DNA of 64,000 bases from positions 1 through 64,000 of the IMG/VR virus record IMGVR_UViG_3300042287_000745; one strand, written 5' to 3'. The DNA is from a virus. Shown here in pieces: positions 20,237 through 29,803 of the stretch (the stretch's first letter is position 1; every line of letters begins with the position of its first letter). A program made the translations under genes and the position numbers. The notes under the pieces were generated by a model. That model ran no database searches. It was not told the DNA's origin and saw only the letters and a list, made by a program, of their open reading frames with translations.

Positions 20237-20824
20237 ATGGCAATACCATTTAATGTAGATAGATTTAAAGCTGAACTAACGAACGGGGGCGCACGACCGA
20301 ACCAGTTTGCAGTTCAATTAACATTTCCTAACTATGTTGCAAGTCGTGCGCTCGCAGTAACTAAAGCTCCATTTTTAATTACTGCGGCAGAATTGCCTGG
20401 TCAAACATTAGGTGTCACTCCGGTTTATTATCGGGGCAGACTAATAACAATGGCCGGTGATAGAACATTTGCACCGTTCAGTTGTACTATACTTAATGAT
20501 TCGGGGTTTACACTTCGGACTGCTATAGAACAATGGATGAATGGCATGGAAAATTTAAGAACAAAAACCGGAGCGTTAACTCCTGCGCAATATCAAACAG
20601 ATATGTTTATATCGCAGTTAGATCGTAACGGTGCTATTCTTAAACAATATAAAATGTTGGGTGTATTCCCAACCGATATTAGTGCAGTTGGTTTGGACTT
20701 TGGTACAAATGACCAAATATCCTCATTCCAAGTTGCATTCCAATATCAGACATTTGAAGTTAGCAGTACGCCAGCTTCACAGTTGGTAGATTCGTTGAAT
20801 ATATTTGGTTCAGTCGCAGGTTAA
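20237..20824 (+). CDS. gp19: Tail tube protein gp19
   Basis: GGARPNQF, AAELPG, AGDRTF, QLDRNG, FPTDIS. Confidence 0.95.
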   Translation: MAIPFNVDRFKAELTNGGARPNQFAVQLTFPNYVASRALAVTKAPFLITAAELPGQTLGVTPVYYRGRLITMAGDRTFAPFSCTILNDSGFTLRTAIEQWMNGMENLRTKTGALTPAQYQTDMFISQLDRNGAILKQYKMLGVFPTDISAVGLDFGTNDQISSFQVAFQYQTFEVSSTPASQLVDSLNIFGSVAG

Positions 20825-20846
20825 TATTATATAAAGTGATTTAATT

Positions 20847-22388
20847 ATGGCAATTAAGCTATTTGGTTTCACTATCGCTCGAGAAGAAGAGAAGATAGAT
20901 AAAAGAAATCAAGAATTCATGACACCGGTATCTGATGATGGTGCCACTACTATACAATCCAGCGGCATTCAAGCTGGGGGGTATTTTGGCACCTATTTAG
21001 ATATGGATGCTACGGCAAAATCTGAGTCGGATTTAATTACACGATACAGAGAAGCCGCAGCATATTCGGATTGTTCTACAGCAGTAGATGAAATTGTAAC
21101 CGAAGCAATCGCATCCGTGGATGACGATGTTGTAGTAAAAATCAATTTGGACAAGTTAGATATTCCGGATGATATAAAAGATACAATTGAAAATGAATTT
21201 AATAAAATACTTGAGCTATTAGAATTTAATAATAAGGCTCATGATATTTTTAGGCGTTGGTATATTGATGGTAGATTATACTATCAAAAAATTATTGATA
21301 TGAAAAATCCTAAACGAGGGATTGTAGAATTGATGCAAATCGATCCTAGAAAAATTCGTAAAGTAAAAGAAATTAAGAAGGAAAAGGATGTAAATTCCGG
21401 TATAGATATAGTTAAAGATATAAAAGAATTCTTTATCTATAACGAAAAGGGAATAAATTATAATCCGAATTATTCATTCTCTACTACTGCAAATCAAGGC
21501 ATTCGAATTTCACCTGACGCAGTGGCATTTGTTCCTTCTGGGATGATGGATTTAGAAAAGAATGTTGTACTTGGTTATTTACATAAATCGATCAAGGCAG
21601 TAAATCAACTAAAAATGATGGAAGATGCTCTGGTAATTTACAGATTAGCAAGAGCACCTGAACGTAGAATATTTTACATTGATGTAGGCAATTTACCTAA
21701 AATTAAAGCTGAGCAATATTTAAAAGATATTATGGCTCGCTACAGAAATAAAATTGTATATGATTCTAGCACAGGTGAAATTCGAGATGATAGGAAATTT
21801 ATGTCATTGCTTGAAGATTTTTGGTTACCTCGCAGAGAAGGTGGCAGAGGAACCGAAATTACTACATTACCTGGCGGGGAAAATTTAGGACAGATTGAAG
21901 ATATTAATTACTTTCAAACTAAATTATATCAAGCATTAAATGTTCCTTTATCTAGAATGCAGGCACAATCTGGTATATCTTTTGGTAGAGCAACAGAAAT
22001 TACTAGAGATGAATTAAAATTTGCAAAATTTGTAGGTAGACTTCGTAAAAAGTTTAATATTTTATTTAATGATATTTTAAAAACACAATTGCTATTAAAG
22101 GGTGTGTTGACAGATAAAGATTGGGAAAGTATTAAAGAAAAGATTCAATATAAGTATGCGCAAGATCAATACTTTGATGAAATGAAGAGTGCTGAGAATT
22201 ATAGAAATCAAATTGATTTATTAAATATGATAACCCCGTATGTTGGTACATATTTTAGTCAACGATTTGTAATGAAAGATGTACTACGTATGTCAGATAA
22301 AGAAATACAAATTATGAAAACTGAGATTGAGCAAGAGCCCGCTCCTCAGCCAATAAATACAGAACAACCCGGAAATCCGCAGCAATAG
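20847..22388 (+). CDS. gp20: Portal protein gp20
   Basis: IFRRWYIDGR, RAPERRIFYIDVGNLPK, EDFWLPRREGGRGTEITTLPGG. Confidence 0.98.
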   Translation: MAIKLFGFTIAREEEKIDKRNQEFMTPVSDDGATTIQSSGIQAGGYFGTYLDMDATAKSESDLITRYREAAAYSDCSTAVDEIVTEAIASVDDDVVVKINLDKLDIPDDIKDTIENEFNKILELLEFNNKAHDIFRRWYIDGRLYYQKIIDMKNPKRGIVELMQIDPRKIRKVKEIKKEKDVNSGIDIVKDIKEFFIYNEKGINYNPNYSFSTTANQGIRISPDAVAFVPSGMMDLEKNVVLGYLHKSIKAVNQLKMMEDALVIYRLARAPERRIFYIDVGNLPKIKAEQYLKDIMARYRNKIVYDSSTGEIRDDRKFMSLLEDFWLPRREGGRGTEITTLPGGENLGQIEDINYFQTKLYQALNVPLSRMQAQSGISFGRATEITRDELKFAKFVGRLRKKFNILFNDILKTQLLLKGVLTDKDWESIKEKIQYKYAQDQYFDEMKSAENYRNQIDLLNMITPYVGTYFSQRFVMKDVLRMSDKEIQIMKTEIEQEPAPQPINTEQPGNPQQ

Positions 22389-22396
22389 GAGTCATT

Positions 22397-22723
22397 ATGG
22401 AAAAAGACACAATTAGAAGTATGGTAAGTAATATTATCGCTAACCGCGAAACCGATGCTATGCGAGACTTTGATGCGGCTATCGCAGATAAGCTAACAGA
22501 TGCACTTGACCATAAAAAACAAGAAGTTGCATCTGGTTTAGGTGAATCAGATGACAATGCACCAGGAGTTGCAAGCGGAAGAGGCCCAGCCGGCGGTTCC
22601 GGGTTAACCAAAAAAATACTAGACGTAGCTGCAGCAATTGGCGACGTGTTTACCGGTGAAGCTGGTAAAAAAATGGCAGAGCCAACTCCTACTCCGCCTG
22701 CTACTCCTAAGAAACCAAAATAA
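22397..22723 (+). CDS. Prohead core protein, gp67-like position
   Basis: Lies after gp20; helical N-terminus FDAAIADKLTDALDHKKQEVA. Confidence 0.5.
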   Translation: MEKDTIRSMVSNIIANRETDAMRDFDAAIADKLTDALDHKKQEVASGLGESDDNAPGVASGRGPAGGSGLTKKILDVAAAIGDVFTGEAGKKMAEPTPTPPATPKKPK

Positions 22724-22729
22724 ACTAAG

Positions 22730-23971
22730 ATGAAAAAATTTAATTCAATTCGAGAAGAGTCTCTTTTAGAAAAATTAAAATCTTCGGATCCTACTGGCAA
22801 GTGGATACATGATTTTGTAAAAAGTGACAATCCTAAATTTGCAGGTAAAAGCAAACAGGAAAGAATCCGCATGGCTTTAGGTGCATCATATGCTGCTAAG
22901 CGCAATGAAGAAGTTGAAGTTGAAATTGATGAGCAAATGGTACCACCTAAAGGGTTTCGTAAACCTGGTGATGACCGAGGCACAGAAATGGGCGGCGGCG
23001 GAGCCGGAGTCGGCAGCACTACAACTAGTAATGTCGGCAAAACAGTTCCAATTGGAGGTGTTTATCGTAGATATGCAGAACCTGCAGCTGAGCCAGTTAA
23101 AACAGAACCTGCTAAACCTGATCTTAAAACTAGATATGATGCGGAGATGGAAAAGGTTCGTGCTGGGAATACTAGTACAAAGAAACAAGATTATCCCACA
23201 TTGACCGACGTAATTCCCGAACCTTCGAAAACTAGTAAACCCGATCGTGCAGGTAGAAAAGAACCTACAATGGGAGAACCGGTTTCTCCCCCAGATCGTA
23301 TGGGCAGAAGAGAACCTACAATGGGTGAGCCTTCAACAAAACTTACAAAACGAGAAATTGCGTCTCGTCTAAGAGAACCAAGTGGACCAATTGGCGAGGA
23401 ATTAGACGCACCTAAAACACAAGCATCACAATTAAAAGATATGTTATCTAATCCACAACATATTAGTAATCCTGAGCATAAGTCGCAATTAGAAAAACGA
23501 TACAAAATTGCAAAAGATAGAGAAGATTTAGATCAGGGGCAGGCTGTAGATAAAACAGGTAAAGCAATGGCGGTATTACCACCTGCAGATTTTGCTAAAA
23601 AGAATCCGAATTTTAATAAAGAACATTCGGAAGAATATGATACTAGTATAACGGCATTAGATGAGATTGCTAAAAAAATAAAAATCAAAATTAATTATCC
23701 TACGCAAACTAAAGCAGAAATTGCGCAGGCTAAATATAGAAAACAAAGCGGTTTACCTGATCCTAGCTATTATAAAAAGTATGCTGCCCAGAAACAAGCA
23801 GAAATTGATGCTATGAAAAATGAAGCTGCTAAGCCCGGCCTTTATGCAAATATACAGGCTAAACGTAAACGTATTGCTGCGGGCAGTAATGAAAAAATGC
23901 GCAAACCCGGTACTGAAGGTGCGCCAACCGCTCAAGCGTTTAAAGATGCTGCAAAAACAGCTAAGAAATAA
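22730..23971 (+). CDS. Modular, highly charged prohead core/internal head protein
   Basis: Between gp20 and gp21. N-terminus MKKFNSIREE; K/E/P-rich modules separated by LxE/IxE-like sites. Confidence 0.6.
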   Translation: MKKFNSIREESLLEKLKSSDPTGKWIHDFVKSDNPKFAGKSKQERIRMALGASYAAKRNEEVEVEIDEQMVPPKGFRKPGDDRGTEMGGGGAGVGSTTTSNVGKTVPIGGVYRRYAEPAAEPVKTEPAKPDLKTRYDAEMEKVRAGNTSTKKQDYPTLTDVIPEPSKTSKPDRAGRKEPTMGEPVSPPDRMGRREPTMGEPSTKLTKREIASRLREPSGPIGEELDAPKTQASQLKDMLSNPQHISNPEHKSQLEKRYKIAKDREDLDQGQAVDKTGKAMAVLPPADFAKKNPNFNKEHSEEYDTSITALDEIAKKIKIKINYPTQTKAEIAQAKYRKQSGLPDPSYYKKYAAQKQAEIDAMKNEAAKPGLYANIQAKRKRIAAGSNEKMRKPGTEGAPTAQAFKDAAKTAKK

Positions 23972-23980
23972 GAGGCAATA

Positions 23981-24364
23981 ATGGCAGTCACAAAAACAGT
24001 ACTTAAGAAAGTTAGACAACAAGCTTCGGTAAAACTTATTGGAGATGGTCAAGCAAATATAACAACTTTTGATCTTAAGTTGGCGGATGAAACTTTAGAC
24101 AATGGCAATGTGGCCATGAATATTACCGGTATGGTGTGGTCTACTCCCGGGGTAACACCAATCGTAATTACGCGAAATGGGAATGTTACGCAATATTTGT
24201 CTGGTAATGATAATTGGACATTGACGCAAATGTTTGGTATTTCTGATACAGTTGCAAATTCTGCAAATATTTCTATCGCAATGCCGGCAAATTCTTTATT
24301 GTATTTGTCAATTACAAAAGCTAGCGGATTTATTGAACCAAATCAACAAATAGTACCTAGGTAA
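23981..24364 (+). CDS. Hypothetical virion protein
   Basis: GAGG RBS; typical small gene before gp21. Confidence 0.6.
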   Translation: MAVTKTVLKKVRQQASVKLIGDGQANITTFDLKLADETLDNGNVAMNITGMVWSTPGVTPIVITRNGNVTQYLSGNDNWTLTQMFGISDTVANSANISIAMPANSLLYLSITKASGFIEPNQQIVPR

Positions 24365-24370
24365 ATAGAT

Positions 24371-25021
24371 ATGAGACTAATTAAAGAAGTTGCTCAAGAT
24401 TTAAAGTACCTCACCGAAGAAAAACAAGGTGGCGGCAAAACCATTTATATCGAAGGCGTATTTGCTCAAGCAAATAGAAAAAATAAAAATAATAGAACTT
24501 ATGGCAAACCTATTATGGAGCGCGAAGTTCAAAAATATAAAGAGCTAATTGAACAAAAAAGATCTTTGGGCGAATTAGGTCATCCGGATAACCCATCGAT
24601 TAATTTGCACCAAGTTTCTCATTTAATTACAAAATTAGAAATGAATGGTAGCGATGTGTATGGTAAAGCAAAAATACTAGAAACTCCAATGGGTATTATT
24701 GCAAGAAATTTAATTGAAAACGAAGTTCAATTAGGTGTATCAACTAGAGGTCTTGGATCTCTAAAAATGAATTCTGAAGGCGTCAATGAAGTGCAGGATG
24801 ATTTTCATCTTGCGACAGTAGACATTGTAGCTGATCCATCTGCCCCAGATGCCTTTGTTCAAGGTATTATGGAATCTGCGGAATGGATATTAGAAAGCGG
24901 TATCTGGAAAGCTGTGCATATAGAAAATGCACAAAAGGAAATAAGAAAAACTTCTGGTAAAAATCTGGAAGAAACCAAATTAAGAATTTTCGAACAATTC
25001 TTATCCCGAGTGTCTAGATAA
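24371..25021 (+). CDS. gp21: Prohead protease gp21
   Basis: IYIEGVF, SLGELGHP, LGVSTRGLGSL, DIVADPSAPDAFV. Confidence 0.97.
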   Translation: MRLIKEVAQDLKYLTEEKQGGGKTIYIEGVFAQANRKNKNNRTYGKPIMEREVQKYKELIEQKRSLGELGHPDNPSINLHQVSHLITKLEMNGSDVYGKAKILETPMGIIARNLIENEVQLGVSTRGLGSLKMNSEGVNEVQDDFHLATVDIVADPSAPDAFVQGIMESAEWILESGIWKAVHIENAQKEIRKTSGKNLEETKLRIFEQFLSRVSR

Positions 25022-25028
25022 CTAGAAT

Positions 25029-25036
25029 TATAAATA
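25029..25036 (+). promoter_or_regulatory. Late promoter TATAAATA upstream of gp22
   Basis: Exact consensus, intergenic. Confidence 0.8.
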
Positions 25037-25071
25037 ATGCTTGAGTATATTCATACAATTAGGAGACTCTA

Positions 25072-26436
25072 ATGTCAGTAGAAAGCAAAATTAAGGAATT
25101 GTTGGAGAATGTAAAGGTCAAAGCTTCTTTAGATGAAGCTGCCGGAAGTTCGTCCAATGTAACAAAGGATTCCTCGATCAAACCTGCCAATGGAGGAGAT
25201 TCATCTTCTCCTAAACAAGGTAGTTCAGAAGAAGCATCCCATGAAGATCGCGGAGAAAATGAAGCAAATCAAGGCGCCATTACTGCAAAAGGTATTTCTA
25301 AAAATACTATTGCGATGAAAGGTTCAGTTGGAGTAGCCCCTAACTTTACTACGGTTCAAGGTACACCGAACCTAGGTGCTAGTTGGCCAGCCATTCCTAT
25401 GAATACCGGTATTCGTGAGGAAGAAGAAGTTGTTTCTGAGGCAGATACGGATAGCACAATAAATGACCGATATAAGGACATTCAGACATCCGTAGACGAC
25501 AAAGGCCGCTTAGTCTACAAGAAAGATAAAAACGTAGAAGTTAAATCTTCGGTTGACGATCAAGGTCGTTTACAATTTAAAGATACCGCTAGAGGCAATG
25601 AAACATCTACAGATAAAGCAGGTAAAATTGTCTTTAGGCGTGCGGAAGGGGTTGAGACAGGGGACGACGAAAATATGGACGAATTGTCAGAAGCAGATCA
25701 AGAATTAAATATTGATATGGCATCTATTTTCGGCGAAGACTTATCCGAAGAATTTAGAGAAAAAGCAACATCCATTTTTGAAGCAGCAGTCATTGCTAAA
25801 GTCAACGATGAAATGGAAAGAGTTTGCGAAGCATTAGAAGAAAAATATTCTGCAGAGTTTGAAGAATATACAGAAAGCATTGTTGAAAAGGTCGATGCTT
25901 ATCTAAACTATGTAGTTGAAAACTATATGGAAGAAAACAAACTAGCAATCGATAATGGGTTGCGTACTGAAATAGCCGAAGATTTTATGTCGGGACTTAA
26001 GGCGCTCTTCAAAGAACATTATATTGAAGTGCCTGAGGAAAAATATGATGTAATAGGTGAATTACAAAGTAAGGTAACAGATTTAGAAGAAAGTCTAGAT
26101 CGTCAACTAGAACAAAATGTTGGTTTACATACTGAAGTGTCGTCTTTAAAGAAACATTTAATTATCAGTGAAATGACTGATGATTTAGCTGACACCCAAG
26201 TTAATAAATTAACGAAACTTTTAGACGGTGTAAATTTTGAGAATGAAGAAATTTACAGAGAAAAGGTTGCGGTAATTAAGGAAAATTATTTCCCAGTAAC
26301 ATCTGGAAAAGAGTCTTTCACAATTTCCCAAACACAACCCCTTGTAGAAGAAACTAGTATTGAAGAAAGCTTCGCTTCTAATGATGTCGTATCTTCGTAT
26401 GCTAAAGCCTTATCAAGAACAATTAAACGAGTATAA
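25072..26436 (+). CDS. gp22: Prohead scaffold gp22 with an extended N-terminal region
   Basis: LSEEFREKATSIFEAAV, VDAYLNYVVE, GLKALFKEHYIEVPEEK, IKENYF. Confidence 0.93.
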   Translation: MSVESKIKELLENVKVKASLDEAAGSSSNVTKDSSIKPANGGDSSSPKQGSSEEASHEDRGENEANQGAITAKGISKNTIAMKGSVGVAPNFTTVQGTPNLGASWPAIPMNTGIREEEEVVSEADTDSTINDRYKDIQTSVDDKGRLVYKKDKNVEVKSSVDDQGRLQFKDTARGNETSTDKAGKIVFRRAEGVETGDDENMDELSEADQELNIDMASIFGEDLSEEFREKATSIFEAAVIAKVNDEMERVCEALEEKYSAEFEEYTESIVEKVDAYLNYVVENYMEENKLAIDNGLRTEIAEDFMSGLKALFKEHYIEVPEEKYDVIGELQSKVTDLEESLDRQLEQNVGLHTEVSSLKKHLIISEMTDDLADTQVNKLTKLLDGVNFENEEIYREKVAVIKENYFPVTSGKESFTISQTQPLVEETSIEESFASNDVVSSYAKALSRTIKRV

Positions 26437-26474
26437 CTTATAAATTACATAAGTTGTAAATAAAGGAGAATTAC

Positions 26475-27758
26475 ATGTTTTTATCCGAGAATTATCAACA
26501 AAAGTGGGGCGCAATTTTAGATCATCCTGATCTACCCCAAATTAAAGATTCGTATAAGCGTGCTGTTACTGCAGTATTATTAGAGAATCAAGAAAAATCT
26601 TTACGTGAAGAGCGTCAAGCGCTTTTCGAAACACCTTCGAATAACATCAGCGCAACTGATGGTATTCAAAAGTATGACCCAATTCTAATTGGCCTAGTCC
26701 GTCGCGCAATGCCTAATCTAATGGCTTATGACATTTGCGGTGTACAACCAATGACAGGTCCTACTGGCCTAATCTTCGCAATGCGTTCGATGTATGGTTC
26801 GGAGCGTAATAACACTACGACCCGTAAAGAAGCATTATTCAATGAAGCCAATACTGGATTCTCTGGCGGCTTTACTGATGGTACAGGTAACAATCCTGTA
26901 TTCGGTGCTTACAATACAGGTAATGCGATTCCAACGGGGTCGATGGAAGCTAAGAGTGATTACGCAGAAATGTCTTTCTCGATTGACAAGACAACAGTTA
27001 CTGCTAAATCACGTGCATTGAAAGCAGAATACACCGTTGAATTGGCACAAGACTTAAAAGCAATTCATGGTCTTGACGCTGAAGCAGAATTATCGAACAT
27101 TCTTTCGCAAGAATTTATGTTTGAGATTAATCGCGAAGTTGTTCGTACAATCTACAAAGTTGCTAAAGCAGGTTCGCCTTCAACAGCAACAGCAGGTACA
27201 TTTGACTTAGATATTGATTCAAACGGACGTTGGTCTGTAGAGCGCTTTAAAGGCTTGTTATTTAATATCGAACGTGATGCTAACCACATTGCACAAGACA
27301 CTCGTAGAGGAAAAGGTAACTTCATCGTTTGCTCAGCAGACGTTGCAAGTGCACTAGCTATGTCAGGCGTATTAGATTATGCTCCAGCATTAAGCACAAA
27401 TCTAAATGTTGATGATACAGGCAATACATTCGCAGGCGTTTTAAACGGACGTTATAGAGTTTATATTGACCCGTATTCGTCGAATTTGGGTGCTACTAAC
27501 CAGTTCTATGTAGTTGGTTACAAAGGTACAAGTCCTTACGATGCAGGTATGTTCTATTGCCCATACGTTCCGTTACAAATGGTTCGTGCAATTGATCCTA
27601 ACAGCTTCCAGCCAAAAATCGGCTTTAAGACACGTTATGGCCTAATTGCTAACCCATATGTAACTTCGTCGGATAGCTTGTCGGATTCGGATGGCGATAG
27701 CTTCACAGCAAATCGCAATCAGTATTATCGTCGTACCAAGGTTGCGAACCTAATGTAA
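26475..27758 (+). CDS. gp23: Major capsid protein gp23
   Basis: LVRRAMPNL, GVQPMTGPTGLIFAMR, AKSRALKAEYTVELAQDLKAIHGLDAE, YCPYVPL, FQPKIGFKTRYG. Confidence 0.99.
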   Translation: MFLSENYQQKWGAILDHPDLPQIKDSYKRAVTAVLLENQEKSLREERQALFETPSNNISATDGIQKYDPILIGLVRRAMPNLMAYDICGVQPMTGPTGLIFAMRSMYGSERNNTTTRKEALFNEANTGFSGGFTDGTGNNPVFGAYNTGNAIPTGSMEAKSDYAEMSFSIDKTTVTAKSRALKAEYTVELAQDLKAIHGLDAEAELSNILSQEFMFEINREVVRTIYKVAKAGSPSTATAGTFDLDIDSNGRWSVERFKGLLFNIERDANHIAQDTRRGKGNFIVCSADVASALAMSGVLDYAPALSTNLNVDDTGNTFAGVLNGRYRVYIDPYSSNLGATNQFYVVGYKGTSPYDAGMFYCPYVPLQMVRAIDPNSFQPKIGFKTRYGLIANPYVTSSDSLSDSDGDSFTANRNQYYRRTKVANLM

Positions 27759-27788
27759 TTGAAGTAGCCGACAGTAAGATCGGAATTT

Positions 27789-27817
27789 AAAGGGGGAAGG
27801 AAACTTCCCCCTTTTTT
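27789..27817 (+). terminator. Rho-independent terminator after gp23
   Basis: AAAGGGGGAAG-GAAA-CTTCCCCCTTT stem followed by a T-run. Confidence 0.9.
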
Positions 27818-27832
27818 AACCTTTGTATCGGC

Positions 27833-27840
27833 TATAAATA
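27833..27840 (+). promoter_or_regulatory. Late promoter TATAAATA upstream of gp3
   Basis: Exact consensus, 23 nt before the ATG. Confidence 0.8.
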
Positions 27841-27862
27841 ATAAGATGAAGAAAGGAGTACA

Positions 27863-28450
27863 ATGGCATACACTGCAAACATAGACGTTATTCAAAATGC
27901 TATATCGGAATCACAAACAACCACATATGATTATTTACGACCAAATGCGTTTAGATTCAGTTTAAAAGATTTACCTAAAGTCTCATTTACTTGCCAATCA
28001 GCAAATCTTCCAGATTTACAATTAGGATATGCTATTCAAAGTACTCCTTTTGTGGATTTGCCGACGGTCGGAGATAAAATAAACTTCGGTGAGTTTACAA
28101 TCAGATTTATTGTTGCTGAAGATATGAGAAACTATCTTGAATTGTATCGTTGGATAATTGGTTTGGGATTCCCTAAAGATTATTCACAATTCAAAACATT
28201 TTCGGATAATAAAGTAAGTAGATTTCCATTTGTCACAAAGAAGGATGGAACTGAGGAAATTTTGGCATACTCGGATGGTACGTTGACTATTCTCGACTCG
28301 ACAAACTCGCCTAAAGTAAATATAATATTTAAAAACCTGTTCCCTATATCATTACAGGCTTTGGATTTTGATATTACTTCTCAGACCGTAGAGTATTTTA
28401 CTGCAATTGCTACATTTAAATATACTATTTTCGAAGTAGAACCTTTATAA
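27863..28450 (+). CDS. gp3: Tail tube terminator/completion protein gp3
   Basis: YLRPNAFRF, FTCQSANLP, EDMRNYLELYRWI, SDGTLTILDS, FKNLFPISL. Confidence 0.9.
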   Translation: MAYTANIDVIQNAISESQTTTYDYLRPNAFRFSLKDLPKVSFTCQSANLPDLQLGYAIQSTPFVDLPTVGDKINFGEFTIRFIVAEDMRNYLELYRWIIGLGFPKDYSQFKTFSDNKVSRFPFVTKKDGTEEILAYSDGTLTILDSTNSPKVNIIFKNLFPISLQALDFDITSQTVEYFTAIATFKYTIFEVEPL

Positions 28451-28471
28451 TTTTTTTAATTTGGAGTTATT

Positions 28472-29359
28472 ATGAATACAAAAGTAAAACCTATGCCCCT
28501 GCCTTCAATTCCTAAATTGCCAAAGGCAGGCGGCAATCAAGAGGCAGCAAACAATCCCAACGAAAAAAAGCTAGAAGTAAAACTAGACGACCTTCGTAAA
28601 GAACGTATTTTCATTGCCACTCCCTGTTATGGTGGGCAATTAACCGAAGCATATTTTAGATCAACTATTCGATTACTAACTTTCTGTAATCAACATCAAA
28701 TTCCTATTGCGTTTGGAACTATTGCGAATGAATCGTTGGTTACTAGAGCTAGAAATGTTTTGGTGGCATATTTCCTACAAAGCGATTTTACTCGTCTAAT
28801 GTTTATTGATGCAGATATCGAATTCCAAGTTGAGGATGTTATTAAACTTATTGCCCATAATAAGGATGTTGCCGTCGGCGCATATCCTAAAAAGGGTGTT
28901 AATTGGCAGCGTATTCGTGAAAGCGTTCGGCAAAATGATACTACGTATGACGATAAACAGATTGCATCGTTTGGTAGTGATTATGCAATTAACTTTAAAT
29001 TTATTAACCGCGAACAAAAACAAATTGCAATTGAAAACGGATTAATTCGTTTACATGATGGTGCAACCGGGTTTATGATGATTAAGCGAGAAGTTATTGA
29101 TAAAATGATTGAGGCATATCCAGATCTAAAATATAACAATGATTTGAATACACCGCCGGAATTAAATCCTCATTTTTACGCATTCTTCGATACAATGATT
29201 GATCCAAAGGATAAACGATATCTATCTGAAGATTATACGTTTAGTCGTAGATGGCAAGACATCGGCGGTGAAATTTGGCTTGACCCGTCAATCTCTTTGA
29301 ACCATTATGGTTCGTTTAATTTCCAAGGTAACCCTTCTCAAATTATTCAAGTAGGGTAA
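28472..29359 (+). CDS. GT-A fold glycosyltransferase-like protein
   Basis: IFIATPCYGG, ESLVTRARN, DxD motif FIDADI, GATGFMMIKR, YLSEDYTF. Confidence 0.75.
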   Translation: MNTKVKPMPLPSIPKLPKAGGNQEAANNPNEKKLEVKLDDLRKERIFIATPCYGGQLTEAYFRSTIRLLTFCNQHQIPIAFGTIANESLVTRARNVLVAYFLQSDFTRLMFIDADIEFQVEDVIKLIAHNKDVAVGAYPKKGVNWQRIRESVRQNDTTYDDKQIASFGSDYAINFKFINREQKQIAIENGLIRLHDGATGFMMIKREVIDKMIEAYPDLKYNNDLNTPPELNPHFYAFFDTMIDPKDKRYLSEDYTFSRRWQDIGGEIWLDPSISLNHYGSFNFQGNPSQIIQVG

Positions 29360-29362
29360 TTT

Positions 29363-29803
29363 ATGAAATTATCCGATCTTCAAGAATCCTGGGCGGAGGA
29401 TTGTAAGATTGATGAATTGAATCTTGGTCGTGAATCTGCCAGAACCCCAAACCTTCACGCCAAGTATTTGAATTATCTAACATCTAGCAAACTAAATCTT
29501 CGCAAAGCGGAATCTGATTATTATAATACCAGACGATTAAAATATAGGTATTATCGAGGCGAATTAACAAGCGCCGAACTTGCCGAATATGAATGGGATC
29601 AATGGCAAGGAAATAAACCGCTAAAAAATGAAATGGATGAATTTTTGTCCTGTGATAAAGACTTAATAACTCTTGAGGATAAAGTGGAATATTTTAAAAC
29701 TGTTTTATATCAGCTTGAACAAATTATTCGATCTTTAAATAGTAGAACATGGGATATAAAGAATTGTATCGAGTGGAATAAATTTACAAGTGGAATGATG
29801 TAA
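29363..29803 (+). CDS. uvsY: Recombination mediator UvsY
   Basis: WAEDCKID, PNLHAKYL, YYRGEL, RTWDIKNCIEW. Confidence 0.92.
   Translation: MKLSDLQESWAEDCKIDELNLGRESARTPNLHAKYLNYLTSSKLNLRKAESDYYNTRRLKYRYYRGELTSAELAEYEWDQWQGNKPLKNEMDEFLSCDKDLITLEDKVEYFKTVLYQLEQIIRSLNSRTWDIKNCIEWNKFTSGMM

Noticed and set aside
22312-23040. 242-aa minus-strand ORF, plus the many other 60-180-aa antisense or alternate-frame ORFs in the track
   Set aside because: They are shadows of well-supported + strand genes, with no RBS and no recognisable motifs.
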